64,000 nt of DNA from Lingula anatina (GCA_051362555.1 CM120641.1:6014001-6078000), one strand, 5' to 3'; numbered from the stretch's first letter, positions 1 through 14,999 are shown. Made by a program: numbers and translations. The notes: generated by a model from the sequence alone, not told the origin.

Positions 1-3000
1 AACTACGTGAATAATATTGTTACGATCCCAGCAGAAAATATTGCCTCATAAACAGAGACAGACAATTATATTATGTCTGAAAAGTTAAAACATTACTCAC
101 GAGCCAGAAAAAGAAACTTAACTTCAAATGGAAAAGATAACCCTGGGGACCATAGTCTTATTTTTATGTAAAACTACATACACAGGGAGAACAATAAAAA
201 TATCTGAACAACCCTATCACCTAATATGTACAATAAATGCTTTGAGTTTTAGGGGGACTACCATTTTAGAAGCAACACTGATTTCATGTGCAAGTGATAC
301 ACAGAAAATTAACAAAAAAAGATTATCATTCATGGATTTTGTTTCTGAAAAATATGCATAATGACACAGTGGGACCACTTTTAGAATTAAAGTTTTATAA
401 AGTGTTGTTTTGTTTTTCTCTCTCTCACAAAGCATCAAGCAAAACAATTACAACATCACTGTCAGGTAATCTGAAAGGAACACAAAACTGTGACTGTGAA
501 ATCACATAAAATTAATGGTCCGTCAAAAGGTGAAAAAAAGTTATTCCTGGCATGTTTTCCTTCCTTACTAAGACTTATAAGGGAGTTTATCCAAAAACCA
601 AAAACAGCTAGCAGCTCTGTTCTCCATGTTTGATGACAATCACTGATGATCCAACAATTAGCTCTATTCACTTTAGGAAAGAGCTTTTTGATGTACATGT
701 AAAAAACAACCTGATACACCTTGATAAGTCAGAAGCAATGAAGCGGATTAACAAGCTTGATTGCAATCTACCCTGTGATCAAATGTATTGATCTGCGTAT
801 GACTGTTAGTTTTTTAAAAACAATCTGTTGATATATGTCCTCTACTTGGCCACACATTTTTTAAGCCTCATCTCAGAGATACAATGTAACATACAGAGGC
901 ATTGTCACAGTAAGTATAGATATAAACATCAGTTGACTACTTCCAAATATCAATTATCGAAAAAAAAAATCACAATGCATATCAACACTGCAAAAACAAA
1001 AGTGATGAACACTGCAGCTGCAAGTAAAAAACCATATTTGTACAGTGTATGTCCGACAAAAGCACGAATTACCTCTGTAGGTGACAACACTTGCTGAGGT
1101 GGGAACATCCTGCACTGGCATGTGTTGACAGCAAAATTGGTGAAATGGCAGGAAAAGAACTCTGCAGGAGGAAACATACTTCAAAACACTTACGATGATG
1201 GCTCCTTTTAAATACTGTGACAGTGCCTCAAAAAGGAAATCACATTTCACATTCTTCTTTGTACGTATCTAGTGCTATTCTCACTGCATTGAAAGTGATC
1301 ATGGTGGCAGGTGACAGCAAAGCATGCAATTTACTACAAAAAATCCATTCCATCCTCCTTTGAAAGTGTAAAAATTCAAAATTTTTCAAAAATTTTATGT
1401 TATTTAACAGTTATTTTTGTGAGAAGTTTGTTTTACTTCAATACATGATTGAAGATAATGAAGTCTAACTTCTACATATAACAGTGCTTCAAATGTAATA
1501 TTATCAATACAGTTAACATGAAGTATTTTGTGTTGCCATTAGGGTAATTCTCTGAGGACAACACTAAATGAGTTTCATTATCAGTTTTCACAAGTTGAGA
1601 ACCTGCAATTTAATGTATAAAACATTAGTTACAATTAGTCCAATTGCAAATTGCATCACAGTATCTAGTAATGGATGAGAAGAGGATAATTTTTCAATTT
1701 GGAGAGCAACAATCAATGAAACACTGCTTCTTTACATCAAAATGTTGTCAAAACAACAAAACTGCTTTTAAAATGATGGTATCAAATAAAAGGAGCTCAG
1801 ATGTGTTGTGCCTTTCAACCAAAAGCTAAAGTATTCAGTCTATAGAAACAGTTATCAATAAATATCAGTATAAATATGAGCTGCGTGCTTAGTTCAAGCA
1901 CAAAGATCATGTCCTGAACAATTTCAACTAATATTTTAAATAAGGCTTTAATTAAAAACAGCTCAAATATACACTTAAGCACAAAAAAGTACTTCTATTC
2001 AGGTTTATCTGTAAGCTGTATGTTTGAGTAAATTTAGAGATTTATAGCTGCTTCAAACAAATTGTTTTTCCACTTAGCGTATCCACATATTGCAACATAG
2101 ATAGAGAAATATGAACTCAACCTGAAGTAAATTGACTTTAAGCTTACATTTATGATGATTTGTGTTAGTCTCAATTTTCATGCACAGAGTTAATGTTATG
2201 CTTTCCTGTCTAGTGTGTGGTGTAATAAGATATCAAACATCATATCCACTTGCAAGTCTTATTTTTCATTATAGTTTTTTATGTAGAAATTTGAATCAAA
2301 TTCAATCCAGATGATTCAACGCGAAAAAAAATCCAGGTAATAGAATTATCTACAAAAGATAAAAGTACAAACAATCTTTAAAACCGGAGATGTCTCCTGA
2401 GATTTGGCCACCAATCACCAGTTGTTGAAAAAATAATGTTGATTTTCTTCCAATTAACATACATCATATTTTCCTTAATAAATGTACTGTATCTTAAGAG
2501 ATCAGTAAGAAAACGTCTACAAAAATTGTTCTTCAGACATAAAAAGTCAAACGCATCGCCAAGTAACTGTTCAAATCAAGGTAAAAAAAAAGATCCAGTA
2601 CATAACTTTCTAAAAGCATTCTTTTCATCTGCCTACTTAAGGACCATTTTACCTGCTGATTCTACTACAATCAGACCATTTCTACACCAAAAAGCTCAGC
2701 TTGACAAAGACAAATTACACTGGTGACAATTTCTGGTCCATAATAAACCAGTCCATGTTAATTGAAAGTGTCAGAGTGCTGTCATTAATAACTGTTGTGT
2801 ATGTTTTATGCAGCTTGGTGTCTAGCCACTATGAGCCTACAGTAAAGGCTCGCTAAATTTGAACAAAACTGTTTAACTGTATCTCTCTAAACCATGATTC
2901 TATTCTTATATCTGAAAAATAATGATTAAAAGTAGTGATTTAATAACAGAAGATTTTTTTATGTTGGTAAAATGATTGGTCTTAAAATATTGGATATTGG

Positions 3001-6000
3001 AATAAGTTTGTTGTTTAAAAATTGTGAGTAATTACTACATTCATCAGCTTTACAGCTCACTAACTTGAAAGGATTCATTAATTTTTTGTCAGGATTCTTC
3101 TGAAAGAAACTGTAGCTGCTTTATTTTTCAGTCATTTTTTCCCATTCATTACACCCTTCATCGAAGAAAAAGAAAGAAAAAAATAGTAATCAGTTTGAGA
3201 ACTTCTCTTAAAAGGCCTCTAAAACAAGTCTATTGTTCAAACTCCCAAGTAGTCAGTGTTCGTAATAACTAGATTTAAAAGCAGCACTCTATCACTTTTA
3301 CTGATTCGAATGTTACCTGATCACAAAAGCTTAAGCGAAGGGATAAAGAATATTACTTCAAGATGACCTAGTAAGTCAAAATAACACAATGAAAAAAAAC
3401 AATCATTGGCAACAATATATTTATCCAGAAGTAAAGTTGGATTTTGAGAAGCAGGTGGTAAATGATAGAAAACCCAATATATTACATTCCCAGTTCCAAG
3501 CATTTGTGCTTATTCAATGCATTTTTGTCTTTTGCCAATTTTTGTGTGTAATTACTCTCTTATAGCAGACAGATAACTTCATAAAAATAACATAATGTAC
3601 AGTAAATTACCCATTTTCAAAACTATACAATTGTCAGAATTTGCTAAATCACTTTAATGTAAGGCCACCAGATTAAAAGCTTCTAAGAAAATGACAGAGA
3701 ATAATGACAAAATATTGCTGTATTGCGTGTAACATGCTTTAACTACAGGTCCTGATCACCTGTAAATACATACCTCAAATTATAAAATTACAAAATGCAT
3801 TACAGTATTATCAAGAGTGGATATGGGATAACAGGAATTGGGGCCCAACATTTTCCATGGGACTTGAAAGTCTGATGCATAAACCAGTTAAGCATCCCTT
3901 CAACAGAAAAAAGCCCAAAAGTGAATGAGGTGGAGAGAAGTTTTAGGCAGACAGTTGAAAAAGGCACATCCCCCGGATTGAAAACTAGCAACATGCTGGT
4001 GACTGTTTTGTTTTTCTGGGTCATTTTTGAACAAGTCTCTAGCACTGTGGTGTCAATTTCTAATATGTAAGGCTTCTATCAGATGTAGAATTCAGAGATT
4101 AGCTTTTTTCCTACATTTTCCATGCCACTACATCATTATAAAATCTCTCTCTTCAGATCTTTAAGTCAAAAGCAACACCAATCCAATAACGGTCATTTGT
4201 TTTTAGAAGCACAGAAATAATGGAAATGTGTTACCACATGCTAACAAATATATCACAATCAAAAGAGAGCACAACTAACACAACAGAAAATTCAGACACA
4301 AAATTTGCTTTAGAAATATATTGTATCTAAATCCCTAAATCTCAGCTTTCATAGCATACAGGCATCAAGTTGCTGAAAAAAATATATCAACACCAACACA
4401 AGTTATTAGCCATGTCTATCCTGTAGGTCTGTGACCAAAAATCAATATTATCAACATGCAACAAAATACAATTTACAAGAAAGTCAATCTAGCACAACTC
4501 TAATTATGCACTCTAAACACGAAAAGTAGTGTTTAATAGATTTTTATAGAGATGCATTTATAACATTCATTTACGTGTATTGATCAGTTGCAAGTTACAT
4601 CTGTTCTTAAAACCACCATTGTGGTGTCGAGATACTCCATTTAACAAAGCTGCAAACAATTTTACATTATTCTTTGTCTACACAAAGTAGCAATTTTCTA
4701 ATGGCAACATTGTAGTCAGTGTGAATAAGAAAGAAAAAAGAAAAGATAGAGAACTGCTATTCTTAAATTTAAAGGCATTCAATATATGCAGCATAGGAAA
4801 GTAAATAATCAATCAATATGTACCCTACAATGACAAAAATATTGTTGTTAGTATTTTCATAAAGAGTGATACTTACATTTAGCCAAGTACTCAATTTATT
4901 TCACCTCTGTTGAAAAGCAATCTAAAAAGGTAAAGCACAACATCTGAAATTACAAATAAAGATACAAACAACATTGAATTGTGATATTATTTAAAGCAAA
5001 GACATTATGTACCGTAAGACTTAAAAAACTATTTGCAGGGTTGCAGAGCTGTATGAAAACGTCAGGGGCTGGTTCTCTCATTAAATGTAGGGTCAAAATT
5101 ATGGAAAAAATTTAAATAATTACCCACCCCTTTCATTTTACTCAATCCTTTTGGTTCAAAATTATAAAGAGATATTACCATAGTTTGAAAAGAAAAATAT
5201 GTACAAACGTTACCAGTGCCTGTTCACTTAATTGAGATTATAGTATGTTTTTACATGCATACTAAAAGAATGTCTTTCTTGCCCTGAATGTTGGTATACA
5301 ACAGGATTTTACAAAAAAGTAAATCTTCAACATAAGCTTTATTTCTTTTCTTTTTATTTTGATTATCAAAACATGATAATAAACAAATATCAATCTAACA
5401 AAGAAAATGCTTTATTTCAGGCAATAACTTCAAAAATTCTCCCTTCATTGGTGGGCTATAGCATTAATGATGAATACATCATTTTTTATAGACATACAAT
5501 GTGTTTAGACCTTTATGTAGCAAAATATTTATTTTCCTGAAGAGTTCAACAACTTTCCCTTAATCACCTAGGTACACCACAACCAAAACTGTTGACAAAA
5601 CTGGTGTCCTTTAACCCACTTTTGAGTTCTAAGTATCTAATTTTTGAGTCAACTTGTAACGGAGGTGGAGCCTGCTGAAATTCACTTATAAAAATAAAAG
5701 AAATTTAACAACTGAAAGTTGGTGTATGGTTTCTAATTATTCTCAATAATTTTGGACAGGTTATACCTTTGTGTTTTAGAAAAATTGTAGAATTTACCCG
5801 GAAAATTAATATTTATGCTATATAAAGGTCTTAGGTGCATTGTATGCCTTTAAAGATATATTGAAATATGCATTTCTTTTTTACATTGTGCATATCACTG
5901 TCACTGGTTAAACAAAATCTCTAGTAACCTTCGCATCCACCATTTATATCTATATTTTTTCAATGTATTTTTTCCTTTATGTGAAATGAAATTGCTTAGG

Positions 6001-6521
6001 CCTTTTTCATTCTCCACTTTGTTACCTGAGAGTCTATCTCCCAAAGATTAAGCATGCACAATTAAAACAAACACAATCTCTATATAATCCAATTTTAAAC
6101 ATATGCATAACACCTGAGCTGAAAATGCACTTAACAAATATTTAATTTGAAGATAGAGTATCAAAAGAAAACAAACAAAAATGAACAACTTAACAGTATT
6201 ACTGATAAGCAGAAGCTGTGTCATGGAAAACAAATCTACGTAAGTTGGGAAGACACCACAGTAGTGCCATGTTACCATGTTACCTCACTGGAGGACATTT
6301 GTGTTTAATAAATTGTCCCGACACATTGAGGAAACAATATTTACTAAAAACTTCAAATATTGCCAATATAAAAAAGAATGGAGAAGTGAGTCTTCTCTGG
6401 TTTATGAGTAAAACACACTTTCATCATATTTTCACAAATAGTGTTTTTCTTGTTAAGCATTTGAGCATTTGGAGAAGTGGATAAAAATGTTCCTGACGAT
6501 ATTAAAAGAGTTAAGACAATA

Positions 6522-8720
6522 CTATCTATACTTATCTAGGTCATTTCTATATCTCTTTCTCATGAGATAACAACTCTGTTCATAAAAGAAGAATGAAAAA
6601 CCTGTGCTTAATCCTGCTTTCAACAAACTGGGAGTGATTCCCTTGTAAAAACCACCTAATTTTTCTTCTTTCCAAATCAACTTTATACAATGGCGCAAGC
6701 CATTATAGATCCTATGTTCACCAAATGTTTTTCTTGCTTCTTCAAAACCCTGGACCTGCAGTCTTTTCTTGAGAACATCCAAGGGGTATACAACTGCCTT
6801 AGAACAGGTTCCTGCACAGAAACCACAAGTCATGCTATCCATTGCACCTATTAACATAAAAAATAAAATAAATCAGTTTCAAGCACATCGACCTCTCTAC
6901 ATATATTTATGAATTTCCCAAGGCTAAACTTAAAGCACATAGACTGAATGTGAATGGACAGATAAAAATATTTTACTTTATTATGGCCTGAATGAATAAA
7001 TTTGAGCTAAATGCTTTCTTTTTTCTTTCACCAGGGGCAGATTGAGGTCGTCTCCTTGGCCTTCTGGAACACGGTCAGATTTTCAAGTTTACATTGACGG
7101 GTATCTAATTTTTTCTTTCGGAAGACGGTCAAAATTGGAGGATGGGTCAACAAAGATAATTTGGAAGACTGTCAGAAAATAGCTCTGGATCCACCCCTGT
7201 TTACCCATTTGTTATTGCATAAACATGTTCTACTGTGTACAAGCTATCAGTAAATAAAATATCAGTAAATAAAATAAACAGGTACACTGCTTTAAATCAA
7301 TTGTCCTTAATTTTATATGCTCTAAATCCCTAGCTTCCTTTTTAAAATGACAATCAATAAAGACCATTCTACAGTATTTCCCCTTACATAACACTTCACT
7401 TCCATTAAAAATTGGGAAAAAACACATCTGTAAATACTTACTTCTATTAAATTGGTAGAAACAGAAGTTGAAAAAAGGTAAGAATTTCCAAAAATGTTAC
7501 AGAGGCAAAAATGTTGTGTAATGGCCCTCCACTTACTAATTTCAGATGCGTTTTTAGAAGTCAACAGCTGACCAAAGAATGTGTAAAATCCAAATTGCAG
7601 AGCTGCTTGAGGGAAGACGGTGAGAATTGCTGGCAGAAGTCCCTTATAGAATGCTAAGAAACCTTCTTTAGCATACAGAGTGGAAAATGCATGCCATGAC
7701 GTCTTATAAAACTGGAAGAGAAATGTTTTAGTATTTGATTCATGTCATTATGATGACATACAATAGTCATCTTACCTTCGGAGAAACATATCTTCTTCTT
7801 CTCCCTTTGTCATTTAACTCACTTTAAATTTTAGAGATCATGTTCCCATGTTATGTATTAGAATTGAAAATATGGAATTTTCCCATGGTTTATCAGCCCC
7901 TATTAATCATGAAAGTTTTCACAAGTGATATAATGGTAGAACCAATGTATGTAGAGAAACAACAAAAACATTTTAGCAACTATACGGGCAGAGTTACAAG
8001 GAAATAACAAAAATATTCATATATTTTACACAAATGAAACAATACAGTTTTTTATCCAATTATGTTTATCTTTTGTTTAGGTGATAGATTTTTTTTAAAT
8101 TTTGCCAAAACTTACTTTGCAGAACATCAATGTATGACAAGCTGGCAAAATAAATAATATATTCATAATTTCCTTCAACAAAATGGTGAACTCATGAACC
8201 ATTATCATGTATTTCTAAAGCACACAAAGGACTGCCAATTTGACTGATTTCTGACTATGATTCCCTTTATAAGCAGTCATTTCACTGTTAAACATCTACT
8301 GATGATTGAAGAAAATAAAACAGTTCTACATATCTACTGAGTACGAACCTGTAACATTGAAAATCTGACTAGAGTAAGCTGAGGCATTTACCTTTGGTTC
8401 TCCCTGTCCTATCAAACGTGTCCTTACAACATCTGCTGGCTGACAGAACAAGGTAGAGATACAACCAGCAAGGCCTCCACACATGAAGTGAGTAATTGGG
8501 CGGTAGTCAGTGGTCAGTGTTGATGGCAGTTCATTCCACACTTCTTTAGTGAAAAACTCAAAGGACACAAACTGAAACAATAAATATATGTTGAAAAGCA
8601 AACGATTTCAATATTTGCAGGAAATAGGATTTTTTTTGCTAAAATAAAGAAAAAAGTGGGGATTTTGTGCCTAACTACAGGAATATTATAAGAATTTTCA
8701 GACAAAGCAAAGGAGCATTT

Positions 8721-8761
<41 letters not shown>

Positions 8762-10366
8762 TATTTATTTTAATTTGTGTATTTTAATTTATTTATTTAT
8801 TTATTTATTTATTTATTTTTTGGAGGGGGTGTCCAGAGATTTGAACACGAGGGTTACCATAACCAGACTTGAGCCTGGATTTATATTTAAAAAATATTTC
8901 ATCACTTGTGCTGAGCATAACATTGTGTGGAAAAGCAAAAATCAAAAGCAGTTACAGCCTATGATGCTCTTTCTCTACAAATTTCTGTGTCATTCCAAAA
9001 AGATCTATTCATATTTTACCAGTATAAATTCCTAACATCCCTTAGATAAGGCAATCACTGACATGAATGCAGTTACCTTGAACAATGTTTCCATAAAATG
9101 GAAAATATAGAAATTGTAGGAACTTTTCTATGGGTCCTATTAAATAGGAATTATAGGGGCATTGGTACATGTACATGTAGGTCTGTCAAAACCTACATAA
9201 CATTTATATATAAAGTATATATATTAAAAAAAAACAGTAACAGACATATGTAATCTTTCACACAGAGAAAACAAGATATAAGGATAATAGCTCTAACTAA
9301 ACATTACTTCAGGAGACTACTAGAGTCTTTTGGTAAAAAAAAGCATTTCGTAGATGCCACTGAAATCCTAGTCATTACCTACAATTGTAGTTTACTCTTT
9401 TTAAAGACATTCATAAGTACCAAATTAACATGTCTGTAAAAAAATTTTTTCTTCAATGCATGCAATCCTTGCATTTTAAATATGCATAGACATGTTATTA
9501 TTAGGTTGGTGTAGTAATTCCATTGTATAATACAATTATTACATACCTTTATACAGGCTATTTTAAAAGAGTAGGCAAATTAAAGAAAAAATTATAAAGT
9601 TTTCTGAACATGGGATAAAAACATCTTCATTTTGATTAGAATCTAAAAATATCATGACATTAACTGATATTTCAGTGAACATAATTTTATTAGTGTTTAA
9701 TGCATATATTAGCTGAGCCTAGACTATTCCAAATAAACAGGTAATGGAATGTACATACCTGTACTCCTCCATATGTTACAGACAGAACCTGAGCCGGCAT
9801 ATGACCTTTCCATAAAGCCTTGACTCCTTCTTCAGTCACGATCTTTCTAGTTGCTTGGAGAATGCTTTGGTATTTGGACTGCAGAGATCCTCTTCTGATT
9901 GGCTCAATTTGAAGCTGACATATAAGAGAAAAAACTAATACTATTTATGACACAAATCGTTGTGAAAACCTTATTTATTAAATTTGGAACAAATATCAAA
10001 CCCTCAACCAAAGTTTTATGGAAAGATTTTAAAGGTATGCATTAAATTTGATTTAAAACTGCTATATGTATAATCATGAGTATAAAGCAAAACATATCAG
10101 GGTACTAACTGTAACCTCAAAGAACTGGTCTGTTCAATTCATTAATTATCTGATGACACATTTAATATAAAAGTAAGTCCCATCTTGCTTCTATTTTAGA
10201 ATATTTATTTTACATTCACTTGACACACATTTTTTACCTGAAACCTGATCTTGAGGACATCCAAAGGCTGTATCAATGTCCTTGTCAAGATGCCACTTAG
10301 GGCACCTGCAGCTCCTTGTTCTGTTTTGGATAGCTCTACATCCCTCTTTGGGTCATAGCCAACCAT
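6522..10366 (-). CDS. SLC25A19: Mitochondrial thiamine pyrophosphate carrier (SLC25 family), 5 coding exons, ~321 aa
   Basis: Exons 10366-10238, 9914-9759, 8571-8392, 7711-7537, 6847-6522 join in frame with GT-AG sites. N-terminus MVGYDPK is typical of TPC. Three carrier signatures PxD/ExxK/R: QPLDVLKIRFQ, QPADVVRTRL, YPLDVLKKRLQVQGFEEAR. KGHMPAQVLSVTYGGVQF is also present. Confidence 0.93.
7032..7199. mobile_element. Short non-autonomous element (MITE-like) with CAGGGGCGGATCC-type termini, in an SLC25A19 intron
   Basis: Starts caggggcagatt and ends ggatccacccctg (imperfect inverted repeat). A related left end occurs at 20964. No clear TSD. Confidence 0.5.
8722..8820. repeat. (TTA)n/(TTTA)n microsatellite
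   Basis: Tandem repeat read directly in an SLC25A19 intron. Confidence 0.9.
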
Positions 10367-10750
10367 AATCAGAACGAAGCTGAATAAGATTTCATATAGA
10401 CCATAAACTACGCTGTACATGTGTATTGGTTATACAGTACAACCTGATATCAAGGGTTCCTATAATAGTATACAAAATTGCAGTGTGAGCAATACAACAA
10501 TTTTGAACAGATTACTAGCGCACCCCAGTATTTGTACACCGTTATAACTTATATGTGGGGATGTATAAATTCGTTTAAAATACCTGACAAAATTTGATAG
10601 GGCGTCTTGCGTTATAATAGACTAGGATGGTATTATTAATTTTTTTTCATGTGGTTTTCGTTTAATTATCCAAACAAGATGACAGCCAGGCTCGAGCGGG
10701 ATCAACCAGTACAGTAGCCTAGGATCTAGGCTAGGTGAGTGAGCGTCTTA

Positions 10751-11430
10751 TGCCCCTATTTCACACAGACCATGAATCCCACGAATGGCCGTGAATTGAC
10801 AAATTTCAAGATTTGTGGTTGAATCGTAATCAGTTCGTGAAGTTCTTAACAGATTCGTATATATTCATAGTCAGTTCTTGCACTTCTTGACCAACAGGAA
10901 TTAGTGGCAAAAACTTTGATGCCTCTATTTCACACAGACCACGAATCCCACAAATCGACAGGGATTGAAAATTTCAGGATTCGTGGTTGAATCGTAATCA
11001 GTTCGTGAAGTTTTTTAACAGATTTGTATATAATCGTAGTCAGTTCTTGCAATTCTTGATCAATCGGGAATTCGTGGCAAAAATTTTGAGCTGTTCCAAA
11101 TTTTGGCCACGAACTCCCGATTCCAAAAAATCGTAGTGAATTTCTGGACAATATTCGTGTGATTACAGCCGAATCCCACGAATATACGTAACACTATCGC
11201 ACCTGTTTCGTAACTGAATCGTAGAGCGTGTCGAATTAGACCAGAAAATTGGCAAAATCTCACGATTCCAGTCAAATCCCACGAATATTCGTAACACTAT
11301 CGCACCTGTATCGTAACTATATCGTAGAGCGTGTCGAATTAGACCAGAAAATTGGCAAAATCTCACGAATCCTGAAATTTGTCAATTCCTGGCGATTCGT
11401 GGGATTCGTGGTCTGTGTGAAATAGGGGTA
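10751..11430. mobile_element. PIF/Harbinger-like non-autonomous DNA transposon (~680 bp)
   Basis: Imperfect TIRs of ~60 bp (tgcccctatttcacacagaccatgaatcccacgaat... / ...attcgtgggattcgtggtctgtgtgaaataggggta), flanked by TTA on both sides (10748-10750, 11431-11433). Internal duplication of the left end (~169 bp period) and a ~103-bp tandem repeat. Confidence 0.85.
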
Positions 11431-11633
11431 TTATCTGGCGAGCTAACGACTACAGAATGATCGCGTTAGGGAAACCGACCTGTTAACTTGTGCATGAGAT
11501 AAATCGGTTGCAAGTACCAGTGAATAAGTGTTTACATAGTGTCCGCCTCAGGTAATGTCGCTTAAGATAATCTGGTCTTTCCTCTCATATAAGATATGAT
11601 GGGAAAACCTAACATGTTTGTGTGTTCACTTAC

Positions 11634-11700
11634 CTCGTGTTTGAATGCCAGTGTTATTGAAGTACCCACATACGGTAACGGTAGTGGCCTTCATATTGAG
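11634..11700 (-). other. Probable non-coding 5' UTR exon of SLC25A19 (upstream boundary approximate)
   Basis: Strong donor GAG|GTAAGT on the minus strand at 11634/11633, in a CpG-rich region. The first coding exon has an acceptor (ttattcag) 13 nt before the ATG. Confidence 0.5.
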
Positions 11701-14700
11701 GCCAAGCAAATTCCAATCGGCAATCCTCGGCCAATTCCGCAAGCTCCATACTCGAGTGCGGAGACATCCGAGTAGTTCCGAGTGAGCAAATTCCGCTTTC
11801 ATTTTGTGAAGCGAAAATGCAGTGGCGAAAACTAAACATGACTGACACTTTCTGTTTTATTCTCATGCCACTGTTAAAGGACAGAAATCGTTAGCCAGTA
11901 CATTTTAATGACTCAGAAATAATTTATTTTACAATCACATATGATTCTTCCATTACTTATAAATGTACATGCACTGGTGGCCGAAGACCGTAACCGGGTG
12001 GGGTGGGGGGGGGGGGGGTGAGGGTCGAAAGAACTGCCCTTTTTGCAGGGAAAAGGTCGGCTCTGGGAAAAAAATTGATCTATGAACACGAAGGTTTTAT
12101 GGTAAAAGGTCCACTTTTTCAAAAAAAAAAAAAAAAAGGCCCACCCCCCTTTGTACTAGTAATTGCTGGTTCCTGCCCTGCAGCCGTACTGGGTAGTGGT
12201 GCACACATTCATTTACAGTAGTTGAACATGGGTTTGTTGAATCAAACATTTAAGTCCGCTGATGATAACTTTCTCATATTCCCAATGAAACTGAGGCAGG
12301 TGAATTTTTCCCGGCACTAAAGCACGCGTGGTCCCACTAACAAATTAAATTTGTTTGCAACGTCAATGGAATTTAATTGTCTATGATCATAGATAAGATA
12401 AAGAATCATTTACTCAATAAATATATAAAATATACATTATTGGAAATCGATTATCCTGTAAAGCGCTGTTGTGTTACAAAGATGTGTAGATAAAGTGTAC
12501 TGTACTATCAGATCTTACACTCCAAAATGCAATTCAAGCCATTTTTACCGAAAGATGGGGAGTTGAACAATAGACAAATTTTTTCGGCGCAGAAGAGGTG
12601 TCCATTTGTCATGTAGAGAAGACATCGACTTCTAGCTTTAACAATTAGATTACAGTCAAACAAGGGTCATATAGAGAAAACAGTTTCCTCCCTTGCTGAA
12701 AGATTAATTACAAATATTCAGCCTTCGTGGTGTATTCAGGTTTACCACAATATCACAAATACAACCACCCAAGTGCAGAGCTGTATTACTCTTGTATATT
12801 GAAACCACTTTCATTGCTGTGCAAAGTACCTGAACATGTTGGGGACGCTTTCCAAACACTGGAATGAATTTTCGTCTTATTGCTTCCTAGTGTTAATTGG
12901 TTATCTGTTTCTTCTATTAATATATCCCTGATACATGGTAAAGTAACTTAAAGGTATCCCATCCGGGATTTTTCGCCAAATCGAATTTTTCTTTAAAATA
13001 AGCAAAATTTCACCCACTCACGAATCATTGTTTGACTAGCTGCCCGGCACTTGGATTCTGTGTTTTATACCATTTTTAATCCAATAAAATAATTCTAAAT
13101 TGTTCCTCTAATGTTTAGACCGCCGTGTCTTCCTGTTCATTTCAGAAGGATATATCAATATCAGGTACCTTTATTTGAGGGTTCTTATCGTTTTTGTGGT
13201 CTTAATTAACTGGAAAAGATAAGTAGCTTTGCAGGATATGTAGACGTATTCGTAGAACATATGACTTAAGTGCAGTTTCAGACGCGAATAGTATACAATT
13301 AAACACTGCAGTTTCATTTATCACGTACCACAGACAATCAATATATTTCAAGCAAAGCATTTATAAAGCTACGATACAGTTAAACGGACATCGACGTCTG
13401 TGTTTTTCGGATAAAGCCGCGTTTTATTTGAGTTGTTTTTCCTTTCGGCATGGCATCTTTTTCTAAAATGTTTAAAAGCTTTCGACCATTGTTTTTTCAT
13501 ACATTCTACATGCATTTAAATTATAATGGTCACTTATAGTTTGGTCCACTTGAGCTTTTTAGTCAATCGACGAATTTTCGAAGGTTAGACCGACCACGGA
13601 TGTGGTGGGATTATTAATTCATAATCTTTGCATTCCTTTAGTAGTTACCGTAGGCATGAATGTCTGATAAACTGAGATTCGACCTTGACTTGATTTTGAC
13701 CTATGTTTCACAATAGTTTCACATTAGTTTTGAAAACTAGGGGCCCAGTAAAAAAGAATAATGATGATGCTAAATGTCCAGGTAAATGCTTTTAAATCAC
13801 ATGTGATTGTAAAATGCTTTCTGGGGGTTTCTTTTCTGGACACATCCAGTACCCCAAACCACATTTCCCCTGAGTTTTTTTTTTTTTTTTCATTTTTATT
13901 TATCAACTTTACAAACTTTTTTTGAAATAAAACATGTTCATTGCCCTTACTGTTTTTATATGACAGTTCATCAGCTACCGAAACAAGTATGCACATCGGA
14001 AGACTTAAGGCGCGCATCAATTAATGGTCAGATATGGAACAACAAAGTTTTTACTTATAACTGTTTCCGTATTTGCCGAAGTAAAACGGTAGTTTATTGG
14101 TAACAGTCAAAGAGCTTTACTGTTTAATTGTCAAATTTATCTATATTCCGGTCATAACACCTACTGTTCGTCATCGAAAGTGTTCTAGGCCTTTTAATTA
14201 CCAATTAAATTGAGGAAGAAAACCAAAGAAAGTATCAATCGGAAACATTACGGTTGACGCTTCTATACTAGATTGACCGTCAATTAAATGCAATCTAAAG
14301 GTATGCAAATAAAATGCGTCATGACTGTAAATATTATCATAGACCTTTAAGGGGTCTTTATGTTTGAATACCTCTGCTTGGCCTTTTAAGATTTAATGGG
14401 TTGTGGTTTACTCCCAAGCACGCAAGGCTAAAGCATATGCAATAAACGATTACAATCCTTGAGGTTGAAAACACCTGTGTGAATTTATGTTATCGTAAAA
14501 GCGTTGACTGGGGTTGATTATTAGTAACATTAAACCGTGTCAAGCATCTTCAAATAATTATAGAATAATGACAAATAGTTGGTCAAAGCATGTCATATTT
14601 ATGAGAGTGAACCTTGTGAGACACTTACACTTTGTTTATTTATTTCCTTGATCTGGCCTCAAAAATTAACAACAGGAAAACGTCGGAGTTTGATATGTGG

Positions 14701-14916
14701 GGTTTTTTCTCTCAGCATAATTGGTTAAATCCTGAAGATGGGAAGTAGAAAGCGTTCCTTTAGAAGGAGACTGGACACGATGTTAAGGATTTTTCCAGAC
14801 ATTTAAGGGTTAATTTTAAGTTTCACAAAGAAATTCAACATTTTTAATATTTTCCAGGCATTGCAAGATAAGTTTTAAGTTCCGTTAATAGATTAAATTC
14901 TAGGATGAAGAGACAG

Positions 14917-14923
14917 TATATAA
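14917..14923 (+). promoter_or_regulatory. Candidate TATA box of cytokine-like gene A
   Basis: TATATAA(GGGG) about 80 bp upstream of the ATG at 15000. Confidence 0.55.
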
Positions 14924-14999
14924 GGGGCAGCAGCTCTTATATTGAGGTAATCTAATTTTTCCTTAAATTTGTTGCACATTGTTAGAGTCCTGGTAAAAG

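Noticed and set aside
128-6484. Many short ORFs (60-100 aa) in the first 6.5 kb
   Set aside because: No recognisable motifs or consistent splice structure; typical chance ORFs in AT-rich DNA.
10930-11366. ORFs with repeated RFCQFSGLIRHALR
   Set aside because: Translation of the internal tandem repeat of the MITE; not a gene and not a CRISPR-like array (no unique spacers, eukaryotic context).
12948-14350. Possible TTAA-flanked Kolobok/piggyBac-like element (ttaaaggt...acctttaa)
   Set aside because: The inverted match is only ~8 bp and no coding remnant is visible.
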